DNA of 43,696 nt from a virus. The notes beneath the pieces were generated by a model that made no database searches, had not been told where the DNA came from, and saw only the letters and a program-made list of their open reading frames with translations. Numbering within the stretch: the first letter of the stretch is position 1; every line of letters starts with the position of its first letter. The translations under genes were made by a program, and so were the position numbers. The stretch lies in IMG/VR virus record IMGVR_UViG_3300045988_146126; one strand, given 5' to 3'. This document shows, piece after piece, positions 26,059-33,109 of the stretch.

Positions 26059-27027
26059 AGAATCCTCTTTTTGTGAAATGCCAAAGTTAGTCAATGCGAT
26101 TGATGACAAGTAACTTGCAATCGCACCAATATCACGGGGTGCCAATTGAGAATTTGTAAGAGTTTGGTGTTTCCAATTTGTATTATCTGATTTGTTTTCC
26201 ACGATTCCCATTATATAAAGGGTTCGTGGATTTTTTTGTAGCATTTGAAGTTGTGATGGGCTTAATCTAAAAAAAGACTTTTGTGCAAAAACAACGGTTT
26301 GCTCAGTGGAAACAATGACACTATTCGGCATACTTTTTGAAAAGAAGTTCACCATTGCATAAACACTTCTAAAATTCTCTTGCGAGCTTTTGTCCTCTGT
26401 TATCTTTTGTTCTGCTTTTTGGATTTTCTTCTTCATGTCATCTATTTGCATTTTCGCGTTGCTGGCATTCCTTGTCCTTGCTTGGATAACTCTCAGCTGT
26501 TTGTTGTAACCATCTAACTTTTCTTCTGAAACATTATCTGTAGACAATCTCAGCACTGGATCAATAATTTCAGGGTTGGTACCGGCTTCAAGAGAATCGA
26601 AGTCGTATAAGGAAAAGCTATCTTTGTAAAGTACCAAGTCTCCTGGTTCCGCATTCTCAACAGGAACAAATTGTTTTTTTAGATAGCCTTCAAGGATCTC
26701 GACCCCGTAATCACCGTATACTATATTCTCTGAATACTGATGCCTATTATGTGTTGAACTTTCGTCTGCCATAGAGTGGCTATCTTCGGCCGATCCTGAA
26801 CTATTTGCTATCCCTGGGACTCCGCCGCTAATTTTTGCGGATTTTCTTCCACCTTTAGTTGCGACCTGAGTCAGTATGGAGGTTTTCTCATTCATACGCG
26901 TAGTCAGGGTGCTCAAGCCTTCGTCAAACTGGGCTAATAAGGAATTCATTAAGTCGGTGTCAACATAGATATACTCTCTCAGTTTCTTTTCGGCTTCAGC
27001 CTCATCATGCAGATTATGGTCTTCCAT
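26026..27027 (-). CDS. Unknown protein (333 aa), last gene of the int-proximal leftward operon
   Basis: SD GAAGGAG lies 6 nt before ATG 27027; the track start at 27042 is a TTG inside the SD. I recognise no domain. The N-terminus is EYIYVDTDLMNSLLAQFDEGL, followed by a Gly/Ser-rich linker. Confidence 0.7.
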   Translation of the reverse strand: MEDHNLHDEAEAEKKLREYIYVDTDLMNSLLAQFDEGLSTLTTRMNEKTSILTQVATKGGRKSAKISGGVPGIANSSGSAEDSHSMADESSTHNRHQYSENIVYGDYGVEILEGYLKKQFVPVENAEPGDLVLYKDSFSLYDFDSLEAGTNPEIIDPVLRLSTDNVSEEKLDGYNKQLRVIQARTRNASNAKMQIDDMKKKIQKAEQKITEDKSSQENFRSVYAMVNFFSKSMPNSVIVSTEQTVVFAQKSFFRLSPSQLQMLQKNPRTLYIMGIVENKSDNTNWKHQTLTNSQLAPRDIGAIASYLSSIALTNFGISQKEDSLRIRPISMYF

Positions 27028-27137
27028 TTTATTCTCCTTCAAATAGTTTAATTTTTAGTTTTGCTTCATCGCCCACGCAGCCTTCCGCGGAAGGCTATTT
27101 CTTTGTCTGAAAACTAGCCCCCCTTTATGAAGTCGTA

Positions 27138-27341
27138 TTATTGCATCTTTCTAACCATCATCATGAGCACGCCGATAATGATGAAAACGGCTGCCAACCA
27201 GAGGCTGCTGCCGGGTTTGTCTGGGTCAATGAGCCAATATACCCAACGGTGTTTGTGGCCAAATAAGGCTAAGTAGACGCCTATAAGAACAATGATGAGG
27301 CCAATGAAGTGTGCCTCACTTAATGTAACTGGACCATTCAT
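27138..27341 (-). CDS. Small two-TM membrane protein (67 aa)
   Basis: SD GGAGA lies 7 nt upstream. It has two hydrophobic helices, FIGLIIVLIGVYLALF and LWLAAVFIIIGVLMMMV. Confidence 0.6.
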   Translation of the reverse strand: MNGPVTLSEAHFIGLIIVLIGVYLALFGHKHRWVYWLIDPDKPGSSLWLAAVFIIIGVLMMMVRKMQ

Positions 27342-27364
27342 AAGTGCATCTCCAAGAACTGAGC

Positions 27365-27790
27365 TTAGATTTCGTTTAGCTTGCTGAACTCGATGTCATT
27401 GTTGTATCTGATCTTGACGGTTAGTGGGTTGCAACGGATGATGACGGGTCGATCATACTGTAACGATTTTTGAAAAGAATTGAGGCTTTCCGTAAAGCTT
27501 GGTATGGCCTCTTCAGCGGTCAATACAACGGCCTTTGCACGCAATAGCAACGATGAGTGGTGTAGCTCATTGAAGCAGTAAACAGCCACCACAGGCTTCT
27601 CTAGGACGTTTTGAATGGTAGTAGTGTCGCGATCAGTGTAAAAAAGGATTTCTTTCAGCGATCGGTGTGATTTAAGTGGTGTTAGCGAAACTATATTAGG
27701 AAAACCGGTATCGGTATCAAGCGTAGCTACCTGCATAACGGTACACTCTCTTAACAGTATATCGGCCTGCCTGATCGTAGAATTTGCCAT
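27365..27790 (-). CDS. Pyridoxamine-5'-phosphate-oxidase-like (FMN-binding split-barrel) protein, tentative
   Basis: SD TAGGAG lies 8 nt before ATG 27790; the track ORF extends upstream without support. The pattern CTVMQVATLDTDTGFPNIVSL....ILFYTDRDTTTIQNVLEKPVVAVY resembles the PNPOx/general-stress-26 fold. Confidence 0.45.
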   Translation of the reverse strand: MANSTIRQADILLRECTVMQVATLDTDTGFPNIVSLTPLKSHRSLKEILFYTDRDTTTIQNVLEKPVVAVYCFNELHHSSLLLRAKAVVLTAEEAIPSFTESLNSFQKSLQYDRPVIIRCNPLTVKIRYNNDIEFSKLNEI

Positions 27791-27870
27791 AAGTAATACT
27801 CCTATCTTAACTATTAATTTGATACGAGTAGCTATGTTTTTAACCGTTGATGGTGAATCAAATTCATTTT

Positions 27871-27879
27871 TGCTATAAT
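27871..27879 (+). promoter_or_regulatory. Extended -10 promoter (TGcTATAAT)
   Basis: TGCTATAAT is read directly. It is divergent from the leftward operon and lies 45 nt upstream of ATG 27924. Confidence 0.5.
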
Positions 27880-27923
27880 TAGATGAATATTGTTCATTAG
27901 CGACTAGAAGGGCAGTGACTAAA

Positions 27924-28091
27924 ATGGAAAATCGTGTTGAGATAAAAGAAGGACATGTTTTTGTAAATGGAACCGAAATTAACCTGGTCAATGATATACA
28001 GCTTCATCCTGCGCTGAACGACACAACGCAAGTTCAACTGAGTTTTAAAGCTACGAGCCTGGATGTAGTTTATCCCGGATCTCGGCGGTGA
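27924..28091 (+). CDS. Possible small protein (55 aa; not in the ORF track)
   Basis: An ATG ORF downstream of the extended -10 promoter. The SD is weak (GAAGGG, 11-nt spacer). Confidence 0.35.
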   Translation: MENRVEIKEGHVFVNGTEINLVNDIQLHPALNDTTQVQLSFKATSLDVVYPGSRR

Positions 28092-28124
28092 TGACGTTCT
28101 GAATGATTAGTACGAAATTCTTTA

Positions 28125-28133
28125 TGATATAAT
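28125..28133 (+). promoter_or_regulatory. Second extended -10 promoter (TGaTATAAT)
   Basis: TGATATAAT is read directly, 37 nt upstream of ATG 28170. Confidence 0.5.
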
Positions 28134-28169
28134 CAGTGAAAGATAACTAGACATTCACATAGAGGAGCG

Positions 28170-28394
28170 ATGATGATGAATGAAGACAAGCTAGGTTATA
28201 GTTATTCATATGATTTGAAAGATGGAATTGTCAAGGTGAAGGATTTTGTGAAATATTTAGAGTCTTTACCCAGTGATTCCACAATCAGAATTCAGGGTAT
28301 TTCAGATGATCGTCCGGCTGTTATTGATGACAATGTCTATTTTGAAAAAAGTAGTGGGCAATTGGTTATCCAACCTGATTCATTATCTATATGA
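28170..28394 (+). CDS. Hypothetical small protein (74 aa)
   Basis: SD AGAGGAG lies before ATGATGATG. Its stop (28392-28394) abuts the stop of the convergent gene (28395-28397). Confidence 0.55.
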   Translation: MMMNEDKLGYSYSYDLKDGIVKVKDFVKYLESLPSDSTIRIQGISDDRPAVIDDNVYFEKSSGQLVIQPDSLSI

Positions 28395-29150
28395 TCACCA
28401 AAAAACTCTGTGGTGGATATCCATGATTATTTTGAAGCTTCGATTGAATTCTACGTCTAGTTCTTTATCCTTATGTACCACTTGTATAGCTGACAGAGTG
28501 TAAAGTTTTCCTACAAGAACTGCGAGCTCATGCTCTTTTTTGTTGCTAATAATTGCCTCATAGTTATCCGTGGCAATCGCATCCTGATAATTTGAGATGG
28601 GACAGTACCCATCGTCGTCAATCCAGCTAATTTGGAAAAACTTGACGACTTGGTAAACATTCTTAATTACTTCTTCGCAAAGACCCTTTGTTGGGATTAA
28701 AGTCCCGTGAATAACTCTGTTGCGTTTTTCTGTGGAATCGTACATTTTGTTCAACATAGGAATTGCTGATTCTCCAAATAGTAGTAGGGAAATCGTTGCA
28801 AACGAAGCAATAGATCTTTCTGAATACTTGATAGCGTGTGATTTATCAATGATTTTGTCCATTGGTTTGTGGTTGTTTGTTGACCAAAAGTAAGCTTTGA
28901 TAGCTGTGTTTCTGAATTTTTCCAAGCTCGTAACTGCGCTTAGATAGCACTCATAGTATTCTTCATCATCATACGCTCGTAAAGCATTTTCAAATATCGG
29001 AACATACAGAGGGGTGCGTAATACTGCATGAAATGTATGACCCCTAGGACATATAAATTTCAGTGATTCGTCATCAGTTACTTCCGCGACAGCACTAGAT
29101 TTATAATCGCGGCATTCGGCACACATTGTTTCAATTTTCGTGTCAGACAT
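28395..29150 (-). CDS. Zn-ribbon plus HEPN-like protein (251 aa), candidate abortive-infection/RNase effector
   Basis: It has an N-terminal CAEC...(20 aa)...CPRGH and a central EKRNRVIHG that matches the HEPN Rx4H motif (RNxxxH). AAGGAG abuts ATG 29150 with no spacer, so the start is uncertain; the alternative ATG is at 29126. Confidence 0.55.
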   Translation of the reverse strand: MSDTKIETMCAECRDYKSSAVAEVTDDESLKFICPRGHTFHAVLRTPLYVPIFENALRAYDDEEYYECYLSAVTSLEKFRNTAIKAYFWSTNNHKPMDKIIDKSHAIKYSERSIASFATISLLLFGESAIPMLNKMYDSTEKRNRVIHGTLIPTKGLCEEVIKNVYQVVKFFQISWIDDDGYCPISNYQDAIATDNYEAIISNKKEHELAVLVGKLYTLSAIQVVHKDKELDVEFNRSFKIIMDIHHRVFW

Positions 29151-29192
29151 CTCCTTACATTGTACTGACCGTGTTTACTTGGTTTGCTTATT

Positions 29193-29217
29193 AGCCCTCG
29201 CCACCGGGGCTATTTTT
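29193..29217 (+). terminator. Plus-strand intrinsic terminator just beyond the 5' end of the HEPN-like gene
   Basis: AGCCC ... GGGCT stem followed by ATTTTTG. Confidence 0.5.
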
Positions 29218-29226
29218 GTGCCCAGC

Positions 29227-29245
29227 AAAAGCCCCAAGTAGGGGC
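29227..29245 (-). terminator. Minus-strand terminator of the membrane-protein gene
   Basis: On the minus strand: GCCCC tactt GGGGC followed by TTTT. Confidence 0.5.
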
Positions 29246-29256
29246 CTGTAAAAGGG

Positions 29257-29958
29257 CTATTTCATATTGGACTGGGTTTTCCCGCTTAAAGCATCATTTG
29301 TAAAGGTCACGTTGAAGTTGGAACCCAGATCACCTTTTACACCAGATGTATAACCGGCCACAACATTCTTTTGACCGCCGATAAGGCTTTCATTGTAGTA
29401 GTCGGGTTGTCCCCATTTTGAGGTGAAGTCAGCGTATTTTGTACCGTCCTGGAACGCGTTGAAATCTGCCAAAGTAATCTTTTGCTTGCGGCCTAACTTG
29501 AAGCCAGTAAGATTCTTGCTGAACGCATTTCCGTCGGTAAAGGAAACAATTACGTTAGCTCCCCAGCCACCCTCAACATTAGTCCACGTTACAAGATCAG
29601 TCTTAACTCCATTTGTGGTACTGCTCGAAGTAGAGGACGGGTTCCCAAACTGAGCTTTTAAATCATCTAATTTGGCACCACCATTGCCGTTTTGCATCAA
29701 ATCACCCAATTTGATGCTGTCAAAGTCTGCGCGAGTAATCTTACCGCTTTCCTTTTTTGATGTACTTGCGGACGTTTTATCCGTCTTGCTAACTGCGGTT
29801 TTTCCCGTGGATTCGCTGCTTGATTTGCCCTTATTGTTGAGGCCACCGCCAATTGCTGCTACAACAACAATAACTAATATCCAAAACCAAACACGTTTGT
29901 AAAAAGGCTTCTTCACCTTGTATTGCTTGCCGTCAGCATCCATTACCTTTTTTGCCAT
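29257..29958 (-). CDS. Membrane-anchored extracellular two-repeat protein (candidate superinfection-exclusion protein)
   Basis: SD GGAGG lies 8 nt before ATG 29958. It has an N-terminal TM (VWFWILVIVVVAAIGGG) and a Ser/Thr/Lys linker. Two related modules begin ITRADFDSIKLG and ITLADFNAFQDG. It lies between the repressor and int. Confidence 0.6.
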   Translation of the reverse strand: MAKKVMDADGKQYKVKKPFYKRVWFWILVIVVVAAIGGGLNNKGKSSSESTGKTAVSKTDKTSASTSKKESGKITRADFDSIKLGDLMQNGNGGAKLDDLKAQFGNPSSTSSSTTNGVKTDLVTWTNVEGGWGANVIVSFTDGNAFSKNLTGFKLGRKQKITLADFNAFQDGTKYADFTSKWGQPDYYNESLIGGQKNVVAGYTSGVKGDLGSNFNVTFTNDALSGKTQSNMK

Positions 29959-30017
29959 TTTGTTTTCCTCCATAAATAATTTTCAGCTTTTAACGTCTTC
30001 CGTATCTGGACTAACAA

Positions 30018-30449
30018 TTAATTAATGTAAAATTCCTTTATTGCTTCTAAAGCAGTGTCTTCCATTGGCGTAGGAATGTCAAAAGCTTCCATAAATTGAT
30101 TTAGATTAGCATCTTCTTTATCAATATCAGCAAAGTATAAGGGAACGAGAATCTGAATTCCTCCTATGTTAGCTTCACCCTCAATGCTGTTCTTTGACGC
30201 CGAATAAAAGTATAAGCAAGCTGGGTCTTGATGTAGAACGTGCATTATTTCGTGCGCAGCCTGATAAGGCAATTGTTTCGGCTTATGCCAGTTCATGTTA
30301 ATCGCAATCCAACGTGTTTCAGGATTAGAAACTGACGGAGTGTACGGCTTCAGCTGATATGTCAGCTCAGCCCCAACTCCACGGTCAAATCCGTAGTTTA
30401 AAACCTCTCTCAGCATGTCACTAGTAAAATCAGTCATCATGTTTGCCAC
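30018..30449 (-). CDS. ImmA/IrrE-type Zn-metalloprotease (anti-repressor protease)
   Basis: The motif is AAHEIMHVLH (HExxH). It overlaps the 3' end of the repressor gene by 20 nt, the same arrangement as ImmR-ImmA pairs. Confidence 0.75.
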   Translation of the reverse strand: MANMMTDFTSDMLREVLNYGFDRGVGAELTYQLKPYTPSVSNPETRWIAINMNWHKPKQLPYQAAHEIMHVLHQDPACLYFYSASKNSIEGEANIGGIQILVPLYFADIDKEDANLNQFMEAFDIPTPMEDTALEAIKEFYIN

Positions 30450-30768
30450 CTCGAAGAAGTCTCTTGATTATCTCAAGATCTTCAGGCGGAATGGGGCGAC
30501 CTTCAAAAGTCATGATGGTGTCATTTTTTGAATCTGATATGTCAATTTGCTCCGGCTTTGAGCGAACATCAGTAACCCCAAGCAAAAAGTCGGTAGAAAC
30601 ATTAAAGTAACTGGCTAGTTTCTTAATAGAATCTTGGTCAGGAGTTCTTTCGTTCTTTTCATATAAAGAAACAGACGCTTTGCTGACATTTATAATTTTT
30701 CCGACATCAGATTGGGTCATCTTCTTTTCGTTCCTAAGTTCTTTTAGTCTTTCTCCGAAGCTCATCAT
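30430..30768 (-). CDS. CI-like XRE-family repressor (112 aa, no S24 autocleavage domain)
   Basis: The HTH is FGERLKELRNEKKMTQSDVGKIINVSKASVSLYEKNERTP. It is divergent from the cro-like gene across a 133-bp operator region. Confidence 0.85.
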   Translation of the reverse strand: MMSFGERLKELRNEKKMTQSDVGKIINVSKASVSLYEKNERTPDQDSIKKLASYFNVSTDFLLGVTDVRSKPEQIDISDSKNDTIMTFEGRPIPPEDLEIIKRLLRGGKHDD

Positions 30769-30795
30769 ATCACCTCATAGGAATAGAATAGTGTA

Positions 30796-30870
30796 TACAA
30801 ATTGTAAACTCAACAAAGTTTAAAAAAAGTTGACTTTTCCGTTGACAGTTTACTAATTGTAGATTATAGT
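30796..30870. promoter_or_regulatory. Genetic switch 1: operators and the rightward promoter
   Basis: The rightward promoter is TTGACA (30842-30847), 17 nt, TATAGT (30865-30870). Palindromic operators are TACAAATTGTA (30796-30806) and TACTAATTGTA (30851-30861), and the GTTTAC motif recurs. Confidence 0.65.
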
Positions 30871-30901
30871 GTTTACATAAAGTTGATTAGGAGGTGATCA
30901 T

Positions 30902-31144
30902 TTGAATGAAAAGCTGAAAGAACGCCGCAAGGAATTTCATCTTACAATGCAAGACATTTCAGATATGATTGGCATCAGTAAAGGATATTATTCATTGATA
31001 GAACGTGGAGAACGCCGCGTTAGCTATGAATTGGCATTCAAAATTGCTACGGCCTTAAAAACGAAGCCTGATCTTATTTTTTTGGAATATCAGTCAACTT
31101 TAAGTAAACACATTCCCGCCCAGCGAGAGGAGGCAGTCAAATGA
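30902..31144 (+). CDS. Cro-like XRE HTH protein (80 aa, TTG start)
   Basis: SD AGGAGGTGA precedes TTG 30902. The HTH is LKERRKEFHLTMQDISDMIGISKGYYSLIERGERR. Confidence 0.75.
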   Translation: MNEKLKERRKEFHLTMQDISDMIGISKGYYSLIERGERRVSYELAFKIATALKTKPDLIFLEYQSTLSKHIPAQREEAVK

Positions 31145-31305
31145 ACGAGGAAGTCAAGATCCCTGAGCTAAAAATTCACGCAAGTGTGGGTAATACAAAA
31201 GAATTGAAAGAGCTGCTATCGGAATTAGCAGCTCTCGAAGAAAACTATGAAATTGTAATCAATGTCGATTATTTGCCAGAATCAACGCTTGCAACAGCAT
31301 TATAG
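31141..31305 (+). CDS. Small hypothetical protein (54 aa; not in the ORF track)
   Basis: ATGA overlap with the cro-like stop. SD GAGGAGG lies 7 nt upstream. Confidence 0.5.
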   Translation: MNEEVKIPELKIHASVGNTKELKELLSELAALEENYEIVINVDYLPESTLATAL

Positions 31306-31433
31306 AAGCTCCTGTAAGCATCCATAACGCCGTTTTTGTCGAGATCGGTGTGGGTGTGCTTGTTATCCATCTGGTGGTTCAGATGGTCCAGATATGCTTC
31401 CGTTAGTTTCATAGCAATTTCCTTGTCGGTCAA
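31269..31433 (-). CDS. Small hypothetical protein (54 aa, TTG start; not in the ORF track), third gene of the inverted cassette
   Basis: On the minus strand, strong SD AAGGGAGGTGA lies 5 nt before TTG 31433, with an in-frame ATG at 31412. The product is (M)TDKEIAMKLTEAYLDHLNHQMDNKHTHTDLDKNGVMDAYRSFYNAVASVDSGK. Confidence 0.5.
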   Translation of the reverse strand: MTDKEIAMKLTEAYLDHLNHQMDNKHTHTDLDKNGVMDAYRSFYNAVASVDSGK

Positions 31434-31480
31434 GGTAATCACCTCCCTTCAATGCAATTATCGCACTTGGCAGGAGGCAA

Positions 31481-32188
31481 TCACCGATGTAGTGAGCACA
31501 TCCATTTAAATAGTTGTTGCAGTACAAACAGCCAAAAAACGGCGTTCTCAGTATTTTCCTTAACATCTTTTGATTTGTCCCAGAACCAAATTACCCATTC
31601 CTTTGTTTGGAGGACAAAAAGTTGAAGCTTAGCATGCTCACGATGTATATATACATTTTCACCAAGCGATCCTTCATCAATGCCTGTTGTGTATTCGGGT
31701 TTATCTACTTTATTTTCCAGAATATTCCAATTGATTTCACTCGCACCGTTGCTGAGACTTTGGGCTGCACCTATAGCATCATTCAATTGTTGGTCCCCAG
31801 CGAGAGGAAACGCTTGCTTCAAGTCGAGAGAAAACTGTTTAACAAAGTCATCAGACGCAAGCATTGATAAAGAATGAACCTGAGCACTAGAAATATAGTT
31901 CATATCAGCAAGTAACCTGTTTAGATAGTTTGCTGATGGCGCAAGTACTATATCGGAATTTTCGATCTCCGTGATGACTGCTTTCCAAGTGGCGTTTATA
32001 TTAGGTAATTTCGTGGGAACAACCATTGCAGTTGATGCTATTGACTTTATCGGAAACACCCGCACGGCTCTTTCGGCCATTGCAATTGTGCTTTCCATTT
32101 TCTGAATGCTTAGTGAATAAGCTGAAAACACAGAAGACGGATTATTTACCGCAGACAGTACTCTATCAACATTGAATTGCTCACTCAT
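31481..32188 (-). CDS. Unknown protein (235 aa), second gene of the inverted cassette
   Basis: ATGA overlap with the upstream HTH gene. SD GAGGTGG. No motif recognised. The last ~25 codons may be out of frame (see rejected ORF 31363-31566). Confidence 0.6.
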   Translation of the reverse strand: MSEQFNVDRVLSAVNNPSSVFSAYSLSIQKMESTIAMAERAVRVFPIKSIASTAMVVPTKLPNINATWKAVITEIENSDIVLAPSANYLNRLLADMNYISSAQVHSLSMLASDDFVKQFSLDLKQAFPLAGDQQLNDAIGAAQSLSNGASEINWNILENKVDKPEYTTGIDEGSLGENVYIHREHAKLQLFVLQTKEWVIWFWDKSKDVKENTENAVFWLFVLQQLFKWMCSLHR

Positions 32189-32415
32189 TTTTCCACCTCG
32201 TTGTAAGGCGGGAAGTCGAAGAAGTCGCGGACGGAGATGCCTAGGACGTTGCAGAGAGAGTGCAACAAGTCAACTCGGGGAACCGTCTTCCGATAGATAA
32301 AGGAACTGACAGTTGACTGGCTTACCCCGGCAAGATTAGCGACACGATTTACCGTTAGATTACGTTCGCGCATAAGTTCGTAAAGGCGATTGATGATAAG
32401 TTCTGCTTCTGACAA
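32185..32415 (-). CDS. XRE-family HTH regulator (76 aa, TTG start), first gene of the inverted cassette
   Basis: SD AGGAG lies 8 nt before TTG 32415. The HTH is LYELMRERNLTVNRVANLAGVSQSTVSSFIYRK. Confidence 0.75.
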   Translation of the reverse strand: MSEAELIINRLYELMRERNLTVNRVANLAGVSQSTVSSFIYRKTVPRVDLLHSLCNVLGISVRDFFDFPPYNEVEK

Positions 32416-32428
32416 AATATCAGCTCCT

Positions 32429-32539
32429 AACGTATATGCGTTAAGCGTAAATCAATTAAATGTAAAAATGTTACGCATGAGCGTTGACAAAATACGCCCA
32501 TGCGTTATAATCAAAATATAGTTACGCACATGCGTTAAC
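32429..32539. repeat. Four copies of a palindromic operator-like motif (ACGC-N3-4-GCGT, often TTACGC...GCGTTA)
   Basis: The copies are AACGTATATGCGTTA (32429-32443), TTACGCATGAGCGTT (32471-32485), ATACGCCCATGCGTTA (32492-32507) and TTACGCACATGCGTTAA (32522-32538). Confidence 0.55.
32484..32511 (+). promoter_or_regulatory. Consensus rightward promoter of switch 2
   Basis: TTGACA (32484-32489), 16 nt, TATAAT (32506-32511). It is overlapped by two operator copies. Confidence 0.7.
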
Positions 32540-32555
32540 TTGGGAGGTGAATTCT

Positions 32556-32762
32556 TTGACAATTGGTCAAAAAGTAAAGCAGGAAAGGGAACGCCACGGA
32601 TGGTCTCAAGCACATTTATCTGATGTCTCCGGAGTTCCTCAGACCACAATTAGCACGATTGAAAGCAGAACTAAACGCCCAGATGCAGTCACACTAAATG
32701 ACATTGCAAGAGCTTTGGGAATAACAGTCGATGCTCTGTTGAATGAGGAGGTGAAGAACTAA
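32556..32762 (+). CDS. XRE-family HTH protein (68 aa, TTG start)
   Basis: SD GGGAGGTGA lies 5 nt before TTG 32556. The HTH is IGQKVKQERERHGWSQAHLSDVSGVPQTTISTIES. Confidence 0.75.
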   Translation: MTIGQKVKQERERHGWSQAHLSDVSGVPQTTISTIESRTKRPDAVTLNDIARALGITVDALLNEEVKN

Positions 32763-33109
32763 TGGAAGCGACAAAGGAAGAACTTAAGGCGGCATTCAAA
32801 GATCTCCTTTCTGATAATGACTTTCGCCGTGAGATACGTTCAGAAATTTCTCCAGTCGGCGGTCTTAATCCAGAAGCAAAAGCCTTCAAGGCAGAAGTTA
32901 AAGACGAACTGCGAAAAAGGTATGAACAACGTTTCGGGAAGGAGACATATGGCAGCTACAAACTGGTAGAAGCTTTCAATACATTGCTTAGGTATCATTT
33001 TGATCTTCGGAACGTCTCATCGTTATCTGACGATCAAGTGCCACAAGCACGTGAATTGTTCCATGAATACACACAATTGCTTGATTTAAGGAGGTTCCAA
33101 AATGAATGA
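32762..33109 (+). CDS. Hypothetical protein (115 aa)
   Basis: ATG overlaps the upstream TAA. It is a compact early-operon ORF. Confidence 0.6.
   Translation: MEATKEELKAAFKDLLSDNDFRREIRSEISPVGGLNPEAKAFKAEVKDELRKRYEQRFGKETYGSYKLVEAFNTLLRYHFDLRNVSSLSDDQVPQARELFHEYTQLLDLRRFQNE

Noticed and set aside
31363-31566. 67-aa Cys-rich minus-strand ORF overlapping the 3' end of the 235-aa gene
   Set aside because: Its 3' half contains the strong SD and TTG of the better-supported 54-aa ORF (31269-31433) in another frame. However, a T6 run on the minus strand (A6 at 31535-31540 as given on the plus strand) could hide a frameshift. In that case the true C-terminus of the 235-aa protein might be the CLYCNNYLNGCAHYIGDC segment. 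This needs read-level checking.
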